Shown in pieces: positions 40,888-51,391 of a DNA stretch of 64,000 nt. The stretch is from Gammaproteobacteria bacterium (GTDB lineage Bacteria; Pseudomonadota; Gammaproteobacteria; SZUA-140). The stretch lies in the NCBI GenBank assembly GCA_015492435.1, contig WGFB01000014.1:15728-79727 (forward strand), read 5' to 3'. The stretch's first letter is position 1; each line of letters opens with the position of its first letter. The notes under the pieces were generated by a model. The model did not search any database. It was not told the origin of the DNA and saw only the letters and a list, made by a program, of their open reading frames with translations. The translations under genes were made by a program, and so were the position numbers.

Positions 40888-41157
40888 TCAGGTGACGCGC
40901 AGATGGCGCGCCTGATCCCATTGCCGCGGGGTATAGGAGCGGATGGAAAGAGCATGAATTTCCGACTGCATGCGGTCTCCCAGCGTGGCATAGACCATGC
41001 GATGCTGTTCCAGCATGCTCTTGCCTTCGAAGGCGGCGGCAACGACCGAGGCCTCGAAATGGGTGCCATCGCCCGTGACGTTGACCTCACTGCCGGGAAT
41101 ACCCGTCTCTATCAAGCGTTTGATATCTTCACATTGCATTATCCGGATCGCCTCCAT
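40888..41157 (-). CDS. BolA/IbaG family protein
   Basis: ...DGTHFEASVVAAAFEGKSMLEQHRMVYATLGDRMQSEIHALSIRSYTPRQW is the BolA fold signature. The gene directly follows murA, as in the murA-ibaG arrangement. Start uncertain (internal Met). Confidence 0.7.
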   Translation of the reverse strand: MEAIRIMQCEDIKRLIETGIPGSEVNVTGDGTHFEASVVAAAFEGKSMLEQHRMVYATLGDRMQSEIHALSIRSYTPRQWDQARHLRVT

Positions 41158-41216
41158 GGAAGAAGCACTGGAATTATTGTAACCTGAATGTGCGGATTCA
41201 GGTGTAACAGAAACCT

Positions 41217-42053
41217 TCAAGCGCCCGTCTGCGAGGGCGCGATCTGCAGCCTGCGGTGACTGATGGAGGGAAATCCCCGCCGGATGCCGCGCAGGCGTTC
41301 AAGATCGATATCCGCCACCACCACCCCGGCGCCATTGGGCAGGCGTTCCAGCACCACCCCCCAGGGATCAACGATCATGCTGTCGCCAAATGTTTCCCGT
41401 CCATTGATGTGGTATCCCCCCTGCGCCGGCGCGATGACGTAACACAGATTCTCTATGGCGCGCACCCGCACCAGGGATTCCCAATGCGCCTTTCCCGTGT
41501 GAGCAGTGAAGGCGGAAGGCACCGCGAAGATCTCCGCGCCCTGATCCAGCATATAGCGGAAAAGCTCGGGAAAGCGCAAATCGTAGCAGACCGCCAGGCC
41601 TATCCTGCCAAAGGGCGTATCCGCCACCACCACCTCGTCACCAGGAAGAATGGTCAATGATTCGGTATAGCTCTCCATGCTGGCCTCGATATGCACGTCG
41701 AACAAATGCATTTTGTCATAGCGGGCCACGCGCGCTCCGCTTCCGTCATACAGCATGCACGCAGCATAGACCTTGCCGGGATCGTCCGTGCTCAGCGGGA
41801 CCGTGCCGCCAACAATCCAGACATCATGAAGGGCGGCCTGGCGGGAGATGAATTCCTGTATGGGACCCTCGCCGTCCTGCTCGCGGCATTTGACCTTGTC
41901 CTCTTCTTCCAGACCCATAATGGCGAAATTCTCCGGCAGAACCACCAGGTCCGCGCCGTGCTCGGCAGCCAGCCCGATAAGCCTTTCCGCCTCGATCAAA
42001 TTGGCGCTGATATTGGGACCCGAGGCCATCTGTACCGCAGCCACGCGACTCAT
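41217..42053 (-). CDS. Carbon-nitrogen hydrolase family protein (nitrilase/omega-amidase-like)
   Basis: 278 aa. Catalytic triad context LVVLPENF (E), YDKMHLFD (K), GLAVCYDLRFPE (C). Confidence 0.8.
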   Translation of the reverse strand: MSRVAAVQMASGPNISANLIEAERLIGLAAEHGADLVVLPENFAIMGLEEEDKVKCREQDGEGPIQEFISRQAALHDVWIVGGTVPLSTDDPGKVYAACMLYDGSGARVARYDKMHLFDVHIEASMESYTESLTILPGDEVVVADTPFGRIGLAVCYDLRFPELFRYMLDQGAEIFAVPSAFTAHTGKAHWESLVRVRAIENLCYVIAPAQGGYHINGRETFGDSMIVDPWGVVLERLPNGAGVVVADIDLERLRGIRRGFPSISHRRLQIAPSQTGA

Positions 42054-42131
42054 TGCATAACCCTCATATTGCTTGCCACCTGAAAAAAATCACAGGCCGT
42101 TGACCATAGCATATTCAGCGATTCAAATTAA

Positions 42132-42290
42132 GGAACCTCTGATCAATTCATGAACCGGCGTCTGGCGGATGAAATGTTCCGGATCAAGGTGAAAAGCGCA
42201 GGTAATAGCGCGCTATTGCCAAGCTTTTCAACGCAGAGCCGGAACATTTCATCTCGCCATCCATCCGGCCCAGAATTGATCAGAGGTTCC
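42132..42290. mobile_element. 159-bp palindromic MITE (Correia-like), copy 3, with arms exchanged relative to copies 1 and 2
   Basis: Same TIRs and same central 57 bp in the same orientation as copies 1 and 2, but the two internal arms are present as reverse complements in swapped positions. Confidence 0.8.
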
Positions 42291-42457
42291 TTGAGTGCTC
42301 CGCAGAACTCGCGAAATATCATGGAGAACAAATACATACGCCGAGGCCTTGCCACCGGGCGCCGCAAGGCGCGACGTATCCCCTGCGGCACCAGGGCGCC
42401 TGTCCTGTTTTTTCTTTCAGGCACAATCCGGCCTGGTTATTTCGATCAACGGGCCTT

Positions 42458-45400
42458 CTACTCCAAAGGCGTTACTTCCGGATCGTCCCAGGAACCCTTC
42501 ACGGAATACCTGACCCGCGTCGCCTTCTCGATCTCCGGCTTGAACAATTGCTCCGCCAGGAGAATCGCGGCTCCCACGCCCACCCCCCCCACTACCGCGC
42601 CGGCAACGGGCAGGCCGGAGGAAACCTCGGGCATCACTGTCACCACCTGATCATAGGTGCGCGCCATCAGATCGATTTTTCCCTCGACCTCCACCTTCGC
42701 GGCAGGCCCCTTGATTTTCAGGTCGCGGGTGGACGCAATACCCCGCGCAAAGTTGAAGTTGCCCTTGACGCTGTCGAAGGTGAATCCCTTGTCGAACAAG
42801 TCGCTGAAATCCAGGGACAAGCGTCTCGGCAGAGCGCGCAGGTTGACCAACCCGAAGATTCGTCCCGCGCCCGGCTCGATATCCACCAGGCGCCCGTCCT
42901 CGATAAGCAACGCCATGCTGCCCACGGCCTTGTCGCGGGAAAACGACATGGGCGACCCCCGCCAGCGCGCTGAAAAATGGATGCGCCCCTTCCCTTCCTC
43001 GATACTTTCCGCAAAGCCCAGCAGGCCCAGAGCCCGTCCGAGATCGCTGCTGTCGATGATGACATTGAAGTCCGACCAGGGATCCCCTTGCTCATTCAGC
43101 AGCCAATCGCCGGTGGCGGTGACGTTCATAGGGACTGACCGCAGACTGACCTTGTCAATATGCATTCCCCGCGGGCGGGGGCTGGTGCGCAGGGTCAGGG
43201 CGCCCAGGCGGGCATCATAGAGGGTAAACTCCTTGCTGTCGATGCGTATCGCGGGCATATCCCGGGGATCCATGTCGCCACTCCCGTCATCGCTGGATTC
43301 CCCGATATGTAAATAGTCGAGATTCATGACCAGCGCCCGGCCTTCCTTGCGGGGGTACTCGATATCGCCCTTCAACTCCTGGCTGACGGCGCTGATGTCC
43401 CAATATTCCGGGCGCCACAAAGCCCTTACCTCGGCATCGTGAAAGGCATGGCCGAATAATTCCACCTGCCCCACCGCCATGGCGACACTCCTTACCAGAG
43501 ACTGGCTGTTGTCTCTGGAATCAGCGGGAGCCTCTTCCTCCAGGTAGGGCATCCATTCACTGAAAGAGAAAAAAGGCGTGCTGCCCGACAGGCGCAATCC
43601 ATAATGATCGGGCAGGCGCGCCATATCGTCCCCGAACACAATCTCTCCCCGCTCAATGCTCATGGATTCGTCCACGTCGAGCACGCCATGCAATATATTT
43701 CCAAGACGGAAGGTCAGGGGAACATCCCGGGAGCGCGGCAGGGGTATATTGAGCTTCAGGTCGAGTGTGTCCGCGACTGGCTTGTTGAGGGGAAAGGGCA
43801 AATTGACGGCTAATCCCTTGAGGTCGGACTGAATCATCAGGCTGGCGTCGACGCGTCCCGATTCGTCCGCCGGCGGTATGGCGATGGATGCATTCCACAG
43901 GGCCTGCCCCTCCAGGTTGGAAAACAGCGGATCGGGCAGCAGTTCGGCGATTTTGGCGGCATCGGCGCTCCCCACCGAATAAAGATAGGTATGGGTCTGT
44001 CCCGCCTCCTGGACTGTCTGAATATTGATATCCGCGCGCATGCCCAGGACGGTGGCTTCGATATCATGGGCATACACGCCCTCATGGGTGAAGCGCAGCT
44101 CGCCCACGATATCCTCTACCGCCAGGCCATCCTCGTACAGATCGAGACGGTTGCCGTCAAGGTCGAGGCGGCCGTCAATCTCCGGCAAACTCGCGGGCGC
44201 CAGCCACTTATTGAGCTGCAGCTTCACGATGGCCGTTCCGGAGGCCGTTGCTTCTCCGAAATAAGGGCCAAACTTTTTCTCGAGCGGACTTTCCACAAGA
44301 TAACGCAATACATCAGAGGCAGGACCGGCCGCCTCTCCCCGCACCTGCAGGAAGGCGGGATCCGCGGCCAGGTCATCTATGACGATGCCGGCCTCGAGCA
44401 GCTTCGAAGACAGGCTTCCGCCACCCAGGATCGCGACATCCATGCGCTTGTTCCTGAACACCACCTCGGCGCCGACTTCCTCCAGGCGGGGCCAGCCCGG
44501 AGCATAATCGAGAATGCCGTCCTCCACGTTGAGCCGCACTTCGAACACACCTTCATCGTTCGTGAAGGGAAAGGCGCGCAGAGGCCCGTAGAACATCACC
44601 TCGCCATAGGGCACCCGGCCCGCGACCAGGGCGCGGTCAAGCCAAGCCACCAGACCGGGCTTCATGATGCCCGCGGGCAGATAGCCGGACGTCCTGCTGA
44701 TATCCGGCACCTCCAGGCTGGCCAGCAAATCCACCCATGGGGACCGGGCCGGATCCTCGGGCCATTCGACGACGGCCGAGGCACGCAGCAACAGGTCTTC
44801 GTTCAAGATGCGCAGGTCCCGGGCCCTTATCTTCCACGCCTGTCCGCGCTTCAACCAGGTAACGCTGCCATCGATATGTTCGATGAGCAGAGGCAAGCGC
44901 AACACATCCTTGTAGGCCACGCGCGTGGCAGTGGAGCTGAGCTGCAGCATGCCCGATTGTTCATTGGCGGTAAAGCTCCCCGAAATACCATGGATGCGGG
45001 GCATGTTCCCTCCGGCGTGAAACCCCATGTCTCTCATGGAACCGGTGATCTCAAAACGGCCGCCCACGACACGCCCGGCAAGCTGATACAGGTGCCCGGA
45101 AGGCCGCAACTTCCCAAGCGCCTCCGATACCGCATCGGGCACGGCATCCAGGAAAGCAGCCAGATCCACCACGTCCCGGATATCCATATAGGACAGACGC
45201 GCCGCGGCCAGCAGAGGCGCTCCCTCGTCAGTGGAAACGGAAAGCTGCAAGTCCGACAGTGGCCACCGACGCCCTGCCCGCTCTACCATGAAATTCCGCA
45301 GGGCCAGCCCCCATCCCCGGCGCTGGCGCTGCCAGAGAAAGTCGCCACTGGCGCGGTCCAGCGCAAAGCGCGGCGATCCTGCCCCGGTCCTGGCCAGCAT

Positions 45401-46246
45401 CAGGTCGTCGACTCTTGCCCGCCCGGCGATGGAACGCAGCTCGCCACGCCTCCAGCTTGCCCAGAGTTTCGCCGAGGCCACGCCACGCTCGGAACGCAGG
45501 CCTGCCTGGAACAGGCCCTCAGGCAACTGATCCAGGCGTATTTCCTCCACTTCCACATAGACTTCACCCTGCCAGTTATCCGACCCCAGAACATTTCCCC
45601 GGAAATCCGCCGCAAACCAGACGCGCTGATTCTCGAATTCCGGCAGCAGCGCCGCACCGTCCAGTTGGTGGCGGCGGCCGTCATTGCGCAGCTCGATGTT
45701 GAGTTCGTGAATGTGATAAGTGGCGCCACCCTTCATCCGGTCCTGCCACCTGATCTGATTGGCCGAGATTGCGATCCGGTCCCGGCTCAACAGCCACGCC
45801 GCGAACAACCGCCCCCCCCTTCCCGAATCCGCCTGTCCGGCCGGGCCAAACCCCTCTATGGAGATCCTGCCCTGCTCGTCGCGCATGATGGACAACCCGA
45901 TGCCATCGAGAGTCACACTGTCGATCTGCAGGGATCCGGTCAACAGGGACTTGAGGGCATCGATACCCACGACGATGCTGTTGAGCACAAGCAGGGGCGC
46001 GCCGCTTTCCTTGTCGAGCAGCATCAAGCCCACCAGGCGGATGCGGGGACCCATGCCATGCCACTCGGCCACGATGGCGGTCACATCCAGAGGCTGGTCC
46101 AGTTGCTCGGAGAAATAGGTGATAAGTTCCTCGCGGTATTCGTTCAGAAACGGCAGCGAAAAGCGGGCAAGGGATATGGCAATGGCCAAAAGGATGGTCA
46201 GCGTGGCAATCGACAACCAGAGCCTGTAGCCAATTTTGCGTATCAT
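42458..46246 (-). CDS. yhdP: YhdP/AsmA-like family protein (large inner-membrane-anchored periplasmic protein implicated in phospholipid transport)
   Basis: 1262 aa (E. coli YhdP is ~1266 aa). N-terminal TM anchor, then a long predicted beta-rich periplasmic body and a C-terminal DUF3971-like region. Confidence 0.65.
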   Translation of the reverse strand: MIRKIGYRLWLSIATLTILLAIAISLARFSLPFLNEYREELITYFSEQLDQPLDVTAIVAEWHGMGPRIRLVGLMLLDKESGAPLLVLNSIVVGIDALKSLLTGSLQIDSVTLDGIGLSIMRDEQGRISIEGFGPAGQADSGRGGRLFAAWLLSRDRIAISANQIRWQDRMKGGATYHIHELNIELRNDGRRHQLDGAALLPEFENQRVWFAADFRGNVLGSDNWQGEVYVEVEEIRLDQLPEGLFQAGLRSERGVASAKLWASWRRGELRSIAGRARVDDLMLARTGAGSPRFALDRASGDFLWQRQRRGWGLALRNFMVERAGRRWPLSDLQLSVSTDEGAPLLAAARLSYMDIRDVVDLAAFLDAVPDAVSEALGKLRPSGHLYQLAGRVVGGRFEITGSMRDMGFHAGGNMPRIHGISGSFTANEQSGMLQLSSTATRVAYKDVLRLPLLIEHIDGSVTWLKRGQAWKIRARDLRILNEDLLLRASAVVEWPEDPARSPWVDLLASLEVPDISRTSGYLPAGIMKPGLVAWLDRALVAGRVPYGEVMFYGPLRAFPFTNDEGVFEVRLNVEDGILDYAPGWPRLEEVGAEVVFRNKRMDVAILGGGSLSSKLLEAGIVIDDLAADPAFLQVRGEAAGPASDVLRYLVESPLEKKFGPYFGEATASGTAIVKLQLNKWLAPASLPEIDGRLDLDGNRLDLYEDGLAVEDIVGELRFTHEGVYAHDIEATVLGMRADINIQTVQEAGQTHTYLYSVGSADAAKIAELLPDPLFSNLEGQALWNASIAIPPADESGRVDASLMIQSDLKGLAVNLPFPLNKPVADTLDLKLNIPLPRSRDVPLTFRLGNILHGVLDVDESMSIERGEIVFGDDMARLPDHYGLRLSGSTPFFSFSEWMPYLEEEAPADSRDNSQSLVRSVAMAVGQVELFGHAFHDAEVRALWRPEYWDISAVSQELKGDIEYPRKEGRALVMNLDYLHIGESSDDGSGDMDPRDMPAIRIDSKEFTLYDARLGALTLRTSPRPRGMHIDKVSLRSVPMNVTATGDWLLNEQGDPWSDFNVIIDSSDLGRALGLLGFAESIEEGKGRIHFSARWRGSPMSFSRDKAVGSMALLIEDGRLVDIEPGAGRIFGLVNLRALPRRLSLDFSDLFDKGFTFDSVKGNFNFARGIASTRDLKIKGPAAKVEVEGKIDLMARTYDQVVTVMPEVSSGLPVAGAVVGGVGVGAAILLAEQLFKPEIEKATRVRYSVKGSWDDPEVTPLE

Positions 46247-46335
46247 GTAAAGTAGTCTGTCGGAAAATATCTCGGGAGCGGTTGATCACCCATCATGGTG
46301 AAGGAGGGCGCGGCGCGCCATCTCCACCGGCCGGC

Positions 46336-47808
46336 TTACATCATGACCACATCGAACTGTTCCTGGGTATAGTGAGTCTCGACCTGCAGCTTCACGGGCT
46401 TGCCGATGAACTCCTCCAGTTCCGCCACGCTGGTGGATTCCTCATCGAGCAGCATGTCGACGACTTCCTGAGAGGCCAGCACGAGAAACTGCTGAGCCTC
46501 GAACTGGCGCGCCTCCCGCATGATTTCACGGAAGATCTCGTAACAGGTCGTCTCACGGGTCTTGATGGAGCCTCTTCCAGCGCAGGTAGGACACGGTTCG
46601 CACAAAATGTGCTCCAGGCTCTCACGGGTGCGTTCACGGGTCATTTCCACCAGCCCCAGTGGCGAAACTTCGCAAATGCAGTGCCTGGCACGGTCGGCCT
46701 CCAGGCTCTTCTCCAGGGCTCGTAACACCTGGCGCTTGTGCTCTTCGTCCACCATGTCGATGAAATCGAGAATGATGATGCCCCCGAGGTTTCGCAGGCG
46801 TAATTGCCGCGCGATGGCCTGGGCCGCTTCGAGATTGGTCTTGAAGATAGTCTCCTCCAGATTGCGGTGACCGACGAAGGCCCCCGTGTTCACATCAATG
46901 GTGGTCATGGCCTCGGTCTGGTCGATATAGAGATACCCGCCGGATTTCAGTTGCACCTTGTGCTCCAGAGCCTTCTGGATCTCGTCCTCCACCGAATTGA
47001 GATCGAAAATCGGGCGCTCCCCTGGGTAGTGCTCGATGCGGGACACCAGATCGGGAATGAACTTCCTGGCGAACTCCACCACCGACTGGTAAGTCTCACG
47101 AGAATCGATGCGCACCTTGTCGATGCCCTCGCAGGGCAGGTCGCGCAGAATGCGCTGTGCCAGGGGCAGAGCCGAATAGACGAGCCGCCCCGAGCCCCCA
47201 TCCTCGATGGTGTCCCGGGTCGAGGCCCACAGCTTGCGCAGAAAATCCATGTCATCCAGTATTTCGCCGGCCCCCACACCCTCGGCCGCGGTGCGCACGA
47301 TGAAGCCGTCACCGCCGTCCTCTCCGCGGGCCTCCTCGATGAGCGCGCGCAGGCGTTCCCGCTCCCCTGGATCCTCGATTTTCTGGGATACGCCGATATT
47401 GCCGACCCCTGGCATCAGCACTAGGTAGCGGGAAGGAATCGTGACATGGGTGGTCAGGCGCGCGCCCTTGCTCCCCAGGGGATCCTTGATCACCTGAACG
47501 AGCACTTCCTGGCCTTCGCGCAGAATCTCGGAAATGGCCACCTCGTTCCGTTTGTCGCCACCTCCATCGGCTTGGGTTTCCGGCACCAGGATATCCGCCA
47601 CATGCAGGAAGGCCGTTCTTTCCAGACCCACATCGATGAAGGCCGCCTGCATGCCAGGCAACACACGGCTCACGGTTCCCTTGTAGATGTTGCCGACCAG
47701 ACCGCGCTTCTTGGCACGTTCGATATATACCTCCTGCAACAACCCGTTCTCGACAATGGCCACCCGGGTCTCTCGGGGCGTCACGTTTACCAGAATCTCG
47801 TCACTCAC
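46336..47808 (-). CDS. rng: Ribonuclease G (RNase E/G family)
   Basis: 490 aa. S1 domain with GNIYKG.V..V.PG..AAF.D.G, then the RNase E/G catalytic core. Followed by maf, as in the rng-maf arrangement. Confidence 0.85.
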   Translation of the reverse strand: MSDEILVNVTPRETRVAIVENGLLQEVYIERAKKRGLVGNIYKGTVSRVLPGMQAAFIDVGLERTAFLHVADILVPETQADGGGDKRNEVAISEILREGQEVLVQVIKDPLGSKGARLTTHVTIPSRYLVLMPGVGNIGVSQKIEDPGERERLRALIEEARGEDGGDGFIVRTAAEGVGAGEILDDMDFLRKLWASTRDTIEDGGSGRLVYSALPLAQRILRDLPCEGIDKVRIDSRETYQSVVEFARKFIPDLVSRIEHYPGERPIFDLNSVEDEIQKALEHKVQLKSGGYLYIDQTEAMTTIDVNTGAFVGHRNLEETIFKTNLEAAQAIARQLRLRNLGGIIILDFIDMVDEEHKRQVLRALEKSLEADRARHCICEVSPLGLVEMTRERTRESLEHILCEPCPTCAGRGSIKTRETTCYEIFREIMREARQFEAQQFLVLASQEVVDMLLDEESTSVAELEEFIGKPVKLQVETHYTQEQFDVVMM

Positions 47809-48419
47809 AGTTCATACCCAAAATTATCGTGTGGTATCGCCATAAGCCGGATACCGCACCTTTCCAGCAGTTCCGCCGTCTCGAACAAGGGCAGGCCCAT
47901 GACACCTGAATAACTGCCCTCGATGTGGCGCACGAAAACCGCGCCGAGCCCCTGGATGGCATAACCACCGGCCTTGCCGCGAGGCTCTCCACTGCGCCAA
48001 TAGGCCAGGCGCTCGCCAGGCGCAATGTCGCGAAATGTCACCCTCGTCTCGCTGAGGCGCGAATGCTCCCGCTCTCCAAGCAGCGTCACCGCGGTATAGA
48101 CATGATGGCATTTGCCGGAAAGTTTCTCCAGCATGGCCATGCCCTCCCCCTGGTCCCGCGGCTTGGTGAGAATCTCGCCCCCGCTCTCTACCACCGTGTC
48201 CGCCCCCAGCACGGGCCATCCACCGGCAGCGGGCAACCGTTCCAACACGGCCCTCGCCTTGGCCCGGGACAACCGCAGGGCGTAGTCGCGGGCGCGCTCG
48301 CCCTGACGCGGCGTCTCGTCGATATCCGCGCGCACCGCCTCATGGGCGACCCCGATCTGTTCCAGCAGGGCGCGGCGCCTGGGTGATGCCGAGGCAAGAA
48401 TAATTTTCCGTTCAGTCAC
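47805..48419 (-). CDS. maf: Maf-like nucleoside triphosphate pyrophosphatase (septum formation protein)
   Basis: ILASASPRRRALLEQ and downstream Maf motifs. GTG start inferred at 48419 (VTERKIILASASPRR). Confidence 0.8.
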   Translation of the reverse strand: MTERKIILASASPRRRALLEQIGVAHEAVRADIDETPRQGERARDYALRLSRAKARAVLERLPAAGGWPVLGADTVVESGGEILTKPRDQGEGMAMLEKLSGKCHHVYTAVTLLGEREHSRLSETRVTFRDIAPGERLAYWRSGEPRGKAGGYAIQGLGAVFVRHIEGSYSGVMGLPLFETAELLERCGIRLMAIPHDNFGYEL

Positions 48420-48882
48420 GATGATAGGGGTGGTTGCTGTTGAGGGACCAGGCGCGGTAGAGCTGTTCCGCAACGACAATACGCACCAGGGCATGGGGCA
48501 GGGTCAGCGGAGACAGGGACCAGGCCCGATCGGCCCGCTCACGGCATGCCGGCGCCAGGCCATCGGGCCCGCCCACCAGCAGGGCCACGTCCCGCCCCTG
48601 CCGCATCCAGGCCTGCATCTCGGACGCCAGGCGGCGGGTGTTCCACGCCTCTCCCCCCTCGTCCAGGGCGATGATCCAGGCCCCGCGCGGAAGCGCGTCC
48701 AGCATGCGTTTCCCCTCCGCTGCCACGATGGATGGAACGCTGGCATTCCTGGACCGCCGCCCGGCCGGTATTTCGGTCAACCGCAGCGCGCACTCGCGCG
48801 GCATGCGGCGTGAATATTCCCGCCACGCCTCGGCCACCCAGGCCGGAGGCTTGAGACCGACCGCAATGAGGTGAATGCGCAT
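48412..48882 (-). CDS. rlmH: 23S rRNA (pseudouridine1915-N3)-methyltransferase
   Basis: MRIHLIAVG...EIPAG.R......LVGGPDGL......W.LS.LTLPH.LVR...AEQLYRA.S.....PYHR aligns along its length with E. coli RlmH. Confidence 0.85.
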   Translation of the reverse strand: MRIHLIAVGLKPPAWVAEAWREYSRRMPRECALRLTEIPAGRRSRNASVPSIVAAEGKRMLDALPRGAWIIALDEGGEAWNTRRLASEMQAWMRQGRDVALLVGGPDGLAPACRERADRAWSLSPLTLPHALVRIVVAEQLYRAWSLNSNHPYHRD

Positions 48883-48887
48883 GAAGG

Positions 48888-49247
48888 TCAGGCGGGCGGC
48901 GCGGCCTGCTCGCCACTGGAGGCGGAGTCCATGCTCCAGAATTTCTCCAGTTGATAGAACTCGCGCACCTCGGGAAGCATGACATGGACCACGACATCCC
49001 CTACATCCACCAAGCACCACTGAGCGTCCTTTTCCCCCTCCACGCCCAGGGGCTTGACGCCGTGCTCCTTGATCTTTTCGATTACGTTGGCGGTGAGTGA
49101 CTTGACGTGGCGGTTGGAAGTGCCGCCCGCGACGATCATATAATCGGTGATGCTGGTCATGTTTCTGACATCCAGCACGGAGATGTCCACGGCCTTGAGG
49201 TCCTCCAGGGCAGCAATGGCGATGCTCTTCAATTCTTCGGCGTTCAT
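48888..49247 (-). CDS. rsfS: Ribosome silencing factor
   Basis: 119 aa. A....L.D.K..DI..LDV......TDYM.I..G.S.RH........V....K......GVEG......W.L.D.GDV.VH.M....R.FY.LE..W is the RsfS/Iojap signature. Confidence 0.85.
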   Translation of the reverse strand: MNAEELKSIAIAALEDLKAVDISVLDVRNMTSITDYMIVAGGTSNRHVKSLTANVIEKIKEHGVKPLGVEGEKDAQWCLVDVGDVVVHVMLPEVREFYQLEKFWSMDSASSGEQAAPPA

Positions 49248-49263
49248 GTACTCCTTTCCAGTT

Positions 49264-49890
49264 TCAGCGGTACAGGGATTCTTTCTGTATATAAGACCAG
49301 ACCGTGTCCGGCACGAGATAGCGCGGGCTGCGTCCCGCCGCGATCACCTCGCGCACCAGCGTGGCGGAGATCGACAGGCGGGTCACCGGCCATGTCAGCA
49401 CCGATCCGGCGTCGCGGCCATGCAAGGCCATGGGGTCGTCCACCCGGCGCCCTTCCAGCAGTTCGGCCACGGCGGGGGAAGGCTGCCCGGGAACATCGGG
49501 GCGTTCGGCAACGACAATATGCGCCAGTTCGATCAAATGCCGCCAGCGATGCCAGGTATCCAGCCTGTCGAACGCGTCCCGGCCCACGATCATGCACAAC
49601 GGAGTGCCACCCCCGCTGTTCCGCAGCGATTCCAGGGTATCTACCATATAGGACAAGCCCGGGCGTGCGAGTTCCCTGTCATCGATGACGAAGCCCCGCT
49701 GACCGGCAATGGCCCGTTCCAGCATGGCGAGGCGCTGGCGGGGAGAGGCCACCGCCTCGCCGCGATGAGGCGGATTACGGCAGGGTATGAAACGCACCTC
49801 GTCCAGGGACAAGTCCTGGAGCAACTCCAGGGCAATACGCAAATGCCCGTGGTGAACCGGATCGAAAGTTCCGCCCAGTATGCCGATCAT
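49264..49890 (-). CDS. nadD: Nicotinate-nucleotide adenylyltransferase
   Basis: [19 protein letters not shown] is the (H/T)xGH nucleotidyltransferase motif, with a later ISAT motif. Start at the internal Met. Confidence 0.85.
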   Translation of the reverse strand: MIGILGGTFDPVHHGHLRIALELLQDLSLDEVRFIPCRNPPHRGEAVASPRQRLAMLERAIAGQRGFVIDDRELARPGLSYMVDTLESLRNSGGGTPLCMIVGRDAFDRLDTWHRWRHLIELAHIVVAERPDVPGQPSPAVAELLEGRRVDDPMALHGRDAGSVLTWPVTRLSISATLVREVIAAGRSPRYLVPDTVWSYIQKESLYR

Positions 49891-49999
49891 GGCATGTGGC
49901 CGGACACGCGGCATGGAAGCGGGATACGCTCAGCGGTGACGCCGGGCACAACCCGCCCCAGGGCCGGGGAATTCACCCCCTGTCCTTCCTCAGGCCACA

Positions 50000-51262
50000 T
50001 CAGCTTCTGACATGCCCGTCGCCGATGACGATGTATTTCAAAGATGTGAGCCCTTCCAGCCCCACGGGCCCCCGCGCATGGAGCTTGTCCGTGCTGATGC
50101 CGATCTCGGCGCCCAAGCCATACTCGAAGCCATCGGCGAAGCGGGTGGATGCGTTGACCATCACGGAGCTGGAATCCACCTCGTGGAGGAAGCGCTGCGC
50201 CCGCGAGAAAGACTCGGTGACGATGGCATCCGTATGGGCCGAGCCGTAGGCACGGATATGCGCAATGGCCTCGTCGAGTCCCTCCACCACGCGGATCGCC
50301 AGGACAGGCGCCAGATATTCCTCGCGCCAGTCCTCCTCGGTGGCCACGGCAATGCCCGGCAGGATGTCCCGCGTCTCCTGGCAGCCCCTCAACTCGACGC
50401 CCGCCTCCTGGTACATCCCTCCCAGCACGGGCAGGATGTCGCCGGCAATGCCCCGCGCCACCAGCAGGGTCTCCATGGTGTTGCAGGTACCATAGCGCTG
50501 GGTCTTGGCATTGTAGGCCACCGCCAGGGCCTTGTCATGATCGGCCGCGTCGTCGATGTAGACGTGACAGACGCCGTGAAGATGCTTGATGACCGGCACC
50601 TGCGACTCCCGCGACACGCGCTCGATCAATCCCTGCCCGCCGCGGGGCACGATGATATCCACGTAATCCTTCATGCGCACAAGTTCGCCCACAGCCGCCC
50701 GGTCGGTAGTCGCCACCACCTGCACGGCATCCGCCGGCAGATCATTCTCGGCCAGGGCCTCGCGGATACAGGCCGCAATGGCCTGGTTGGAATGGATGGC
50801 CTCTGAGCCACCGCGCAGGATGGCGGCATTGCCCGACTTGAGGCACAATCCCGCGGCATCGGCGGTCACATTGGGGCGCGATTCGTAGATGATCCCGATC
50901 ACGCCCAGGGGCACCCGCATGCGCCCCACCTGGATGCCCGAGGGCCGGTAGGCCATCCCGCTGATCTCCCCCACGGGATCCGGCAGCTTGGCGATCTCAC
51001 GCAAGCCCTCGGCCATGGCCAGGATGCGTGCATCCGTGAGGGCAAGGCGGTCCAGAAGGGCTTCGCCGAGGCCATGCGCCCGCCCGGCCTCCAGATCGCG
51101 CTCGTTGGCTTCGCGCAGATCGGTCCGGGTACGCTCCAGGGCATCCGCCATGGCCGCCAGGACGTTGTTCTTGGCCGCCGTGGGCGCGCGCGCCATCTCC
51201 ACCGCCGCGGCCCGCGCCCGTTGCCCCAGTTCTGTCATGTATGTCTTGATTTCTTCAACCAT
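50000..51262 (-). CDS. proA: Glutamate-5-semialdehyde dehydrogenase (gamma-glutamyl phosphate reductase)
   Basis: 420-aa aldehyde dehydrogenase-like protein with catalytic Cys context NASTRFADG. Confidence 0.9.
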   Translation of the reverse strand: MVEEIKTYMTELGQRARAAAVEMARAPTAAKNNVLAAMADALERTRTDLREANERDLEAGRAHGLGEALLDRLALTDARILAMAEGLREIAKLPDPVGEISGMAYRPSGIQVGRMRVPLGVIGIIYESRPNVTADAAGLCLKSGNAAILRGGSEAIHSNQAIAACIREALAENDLPADAVQVVATTDRAAVGELVRMKDYVDIIVPRGGQGLIERVSRESQVPVIKHLHGVCHVYIDDAADHDKALAVAYNAKTQRYGTCNTMETLLVARGIAGDILPVLGGMYQEAGVELRGCQETRDILPGIAVATEEDWREEYLAPVLAIRVVEGLDEAIAHIRAYGSAHTDAIVTESFSRAQRFLHEVDSSSVMVNASTRFADGFEYGLGAEIGISTDKLHARGPVGLEGLTSLKYIVIGDGHVRS

Positions 51263-51391
51263 TGTATACTCGCACCGATTTGTTGGATGGATTGCTCACC
51301 GAAACCACGGGGTTCGCCAACCGCACGGCTGTAACGCCCGACAGGCTCCCGGCGGTAATTATACAGGGGAAATCCGGCTTTCTCCGCCTGA

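Noticed and set aside
43991-46255. 754-aa plus-strand ORF
   Set aside because: Antisense to yhdP.
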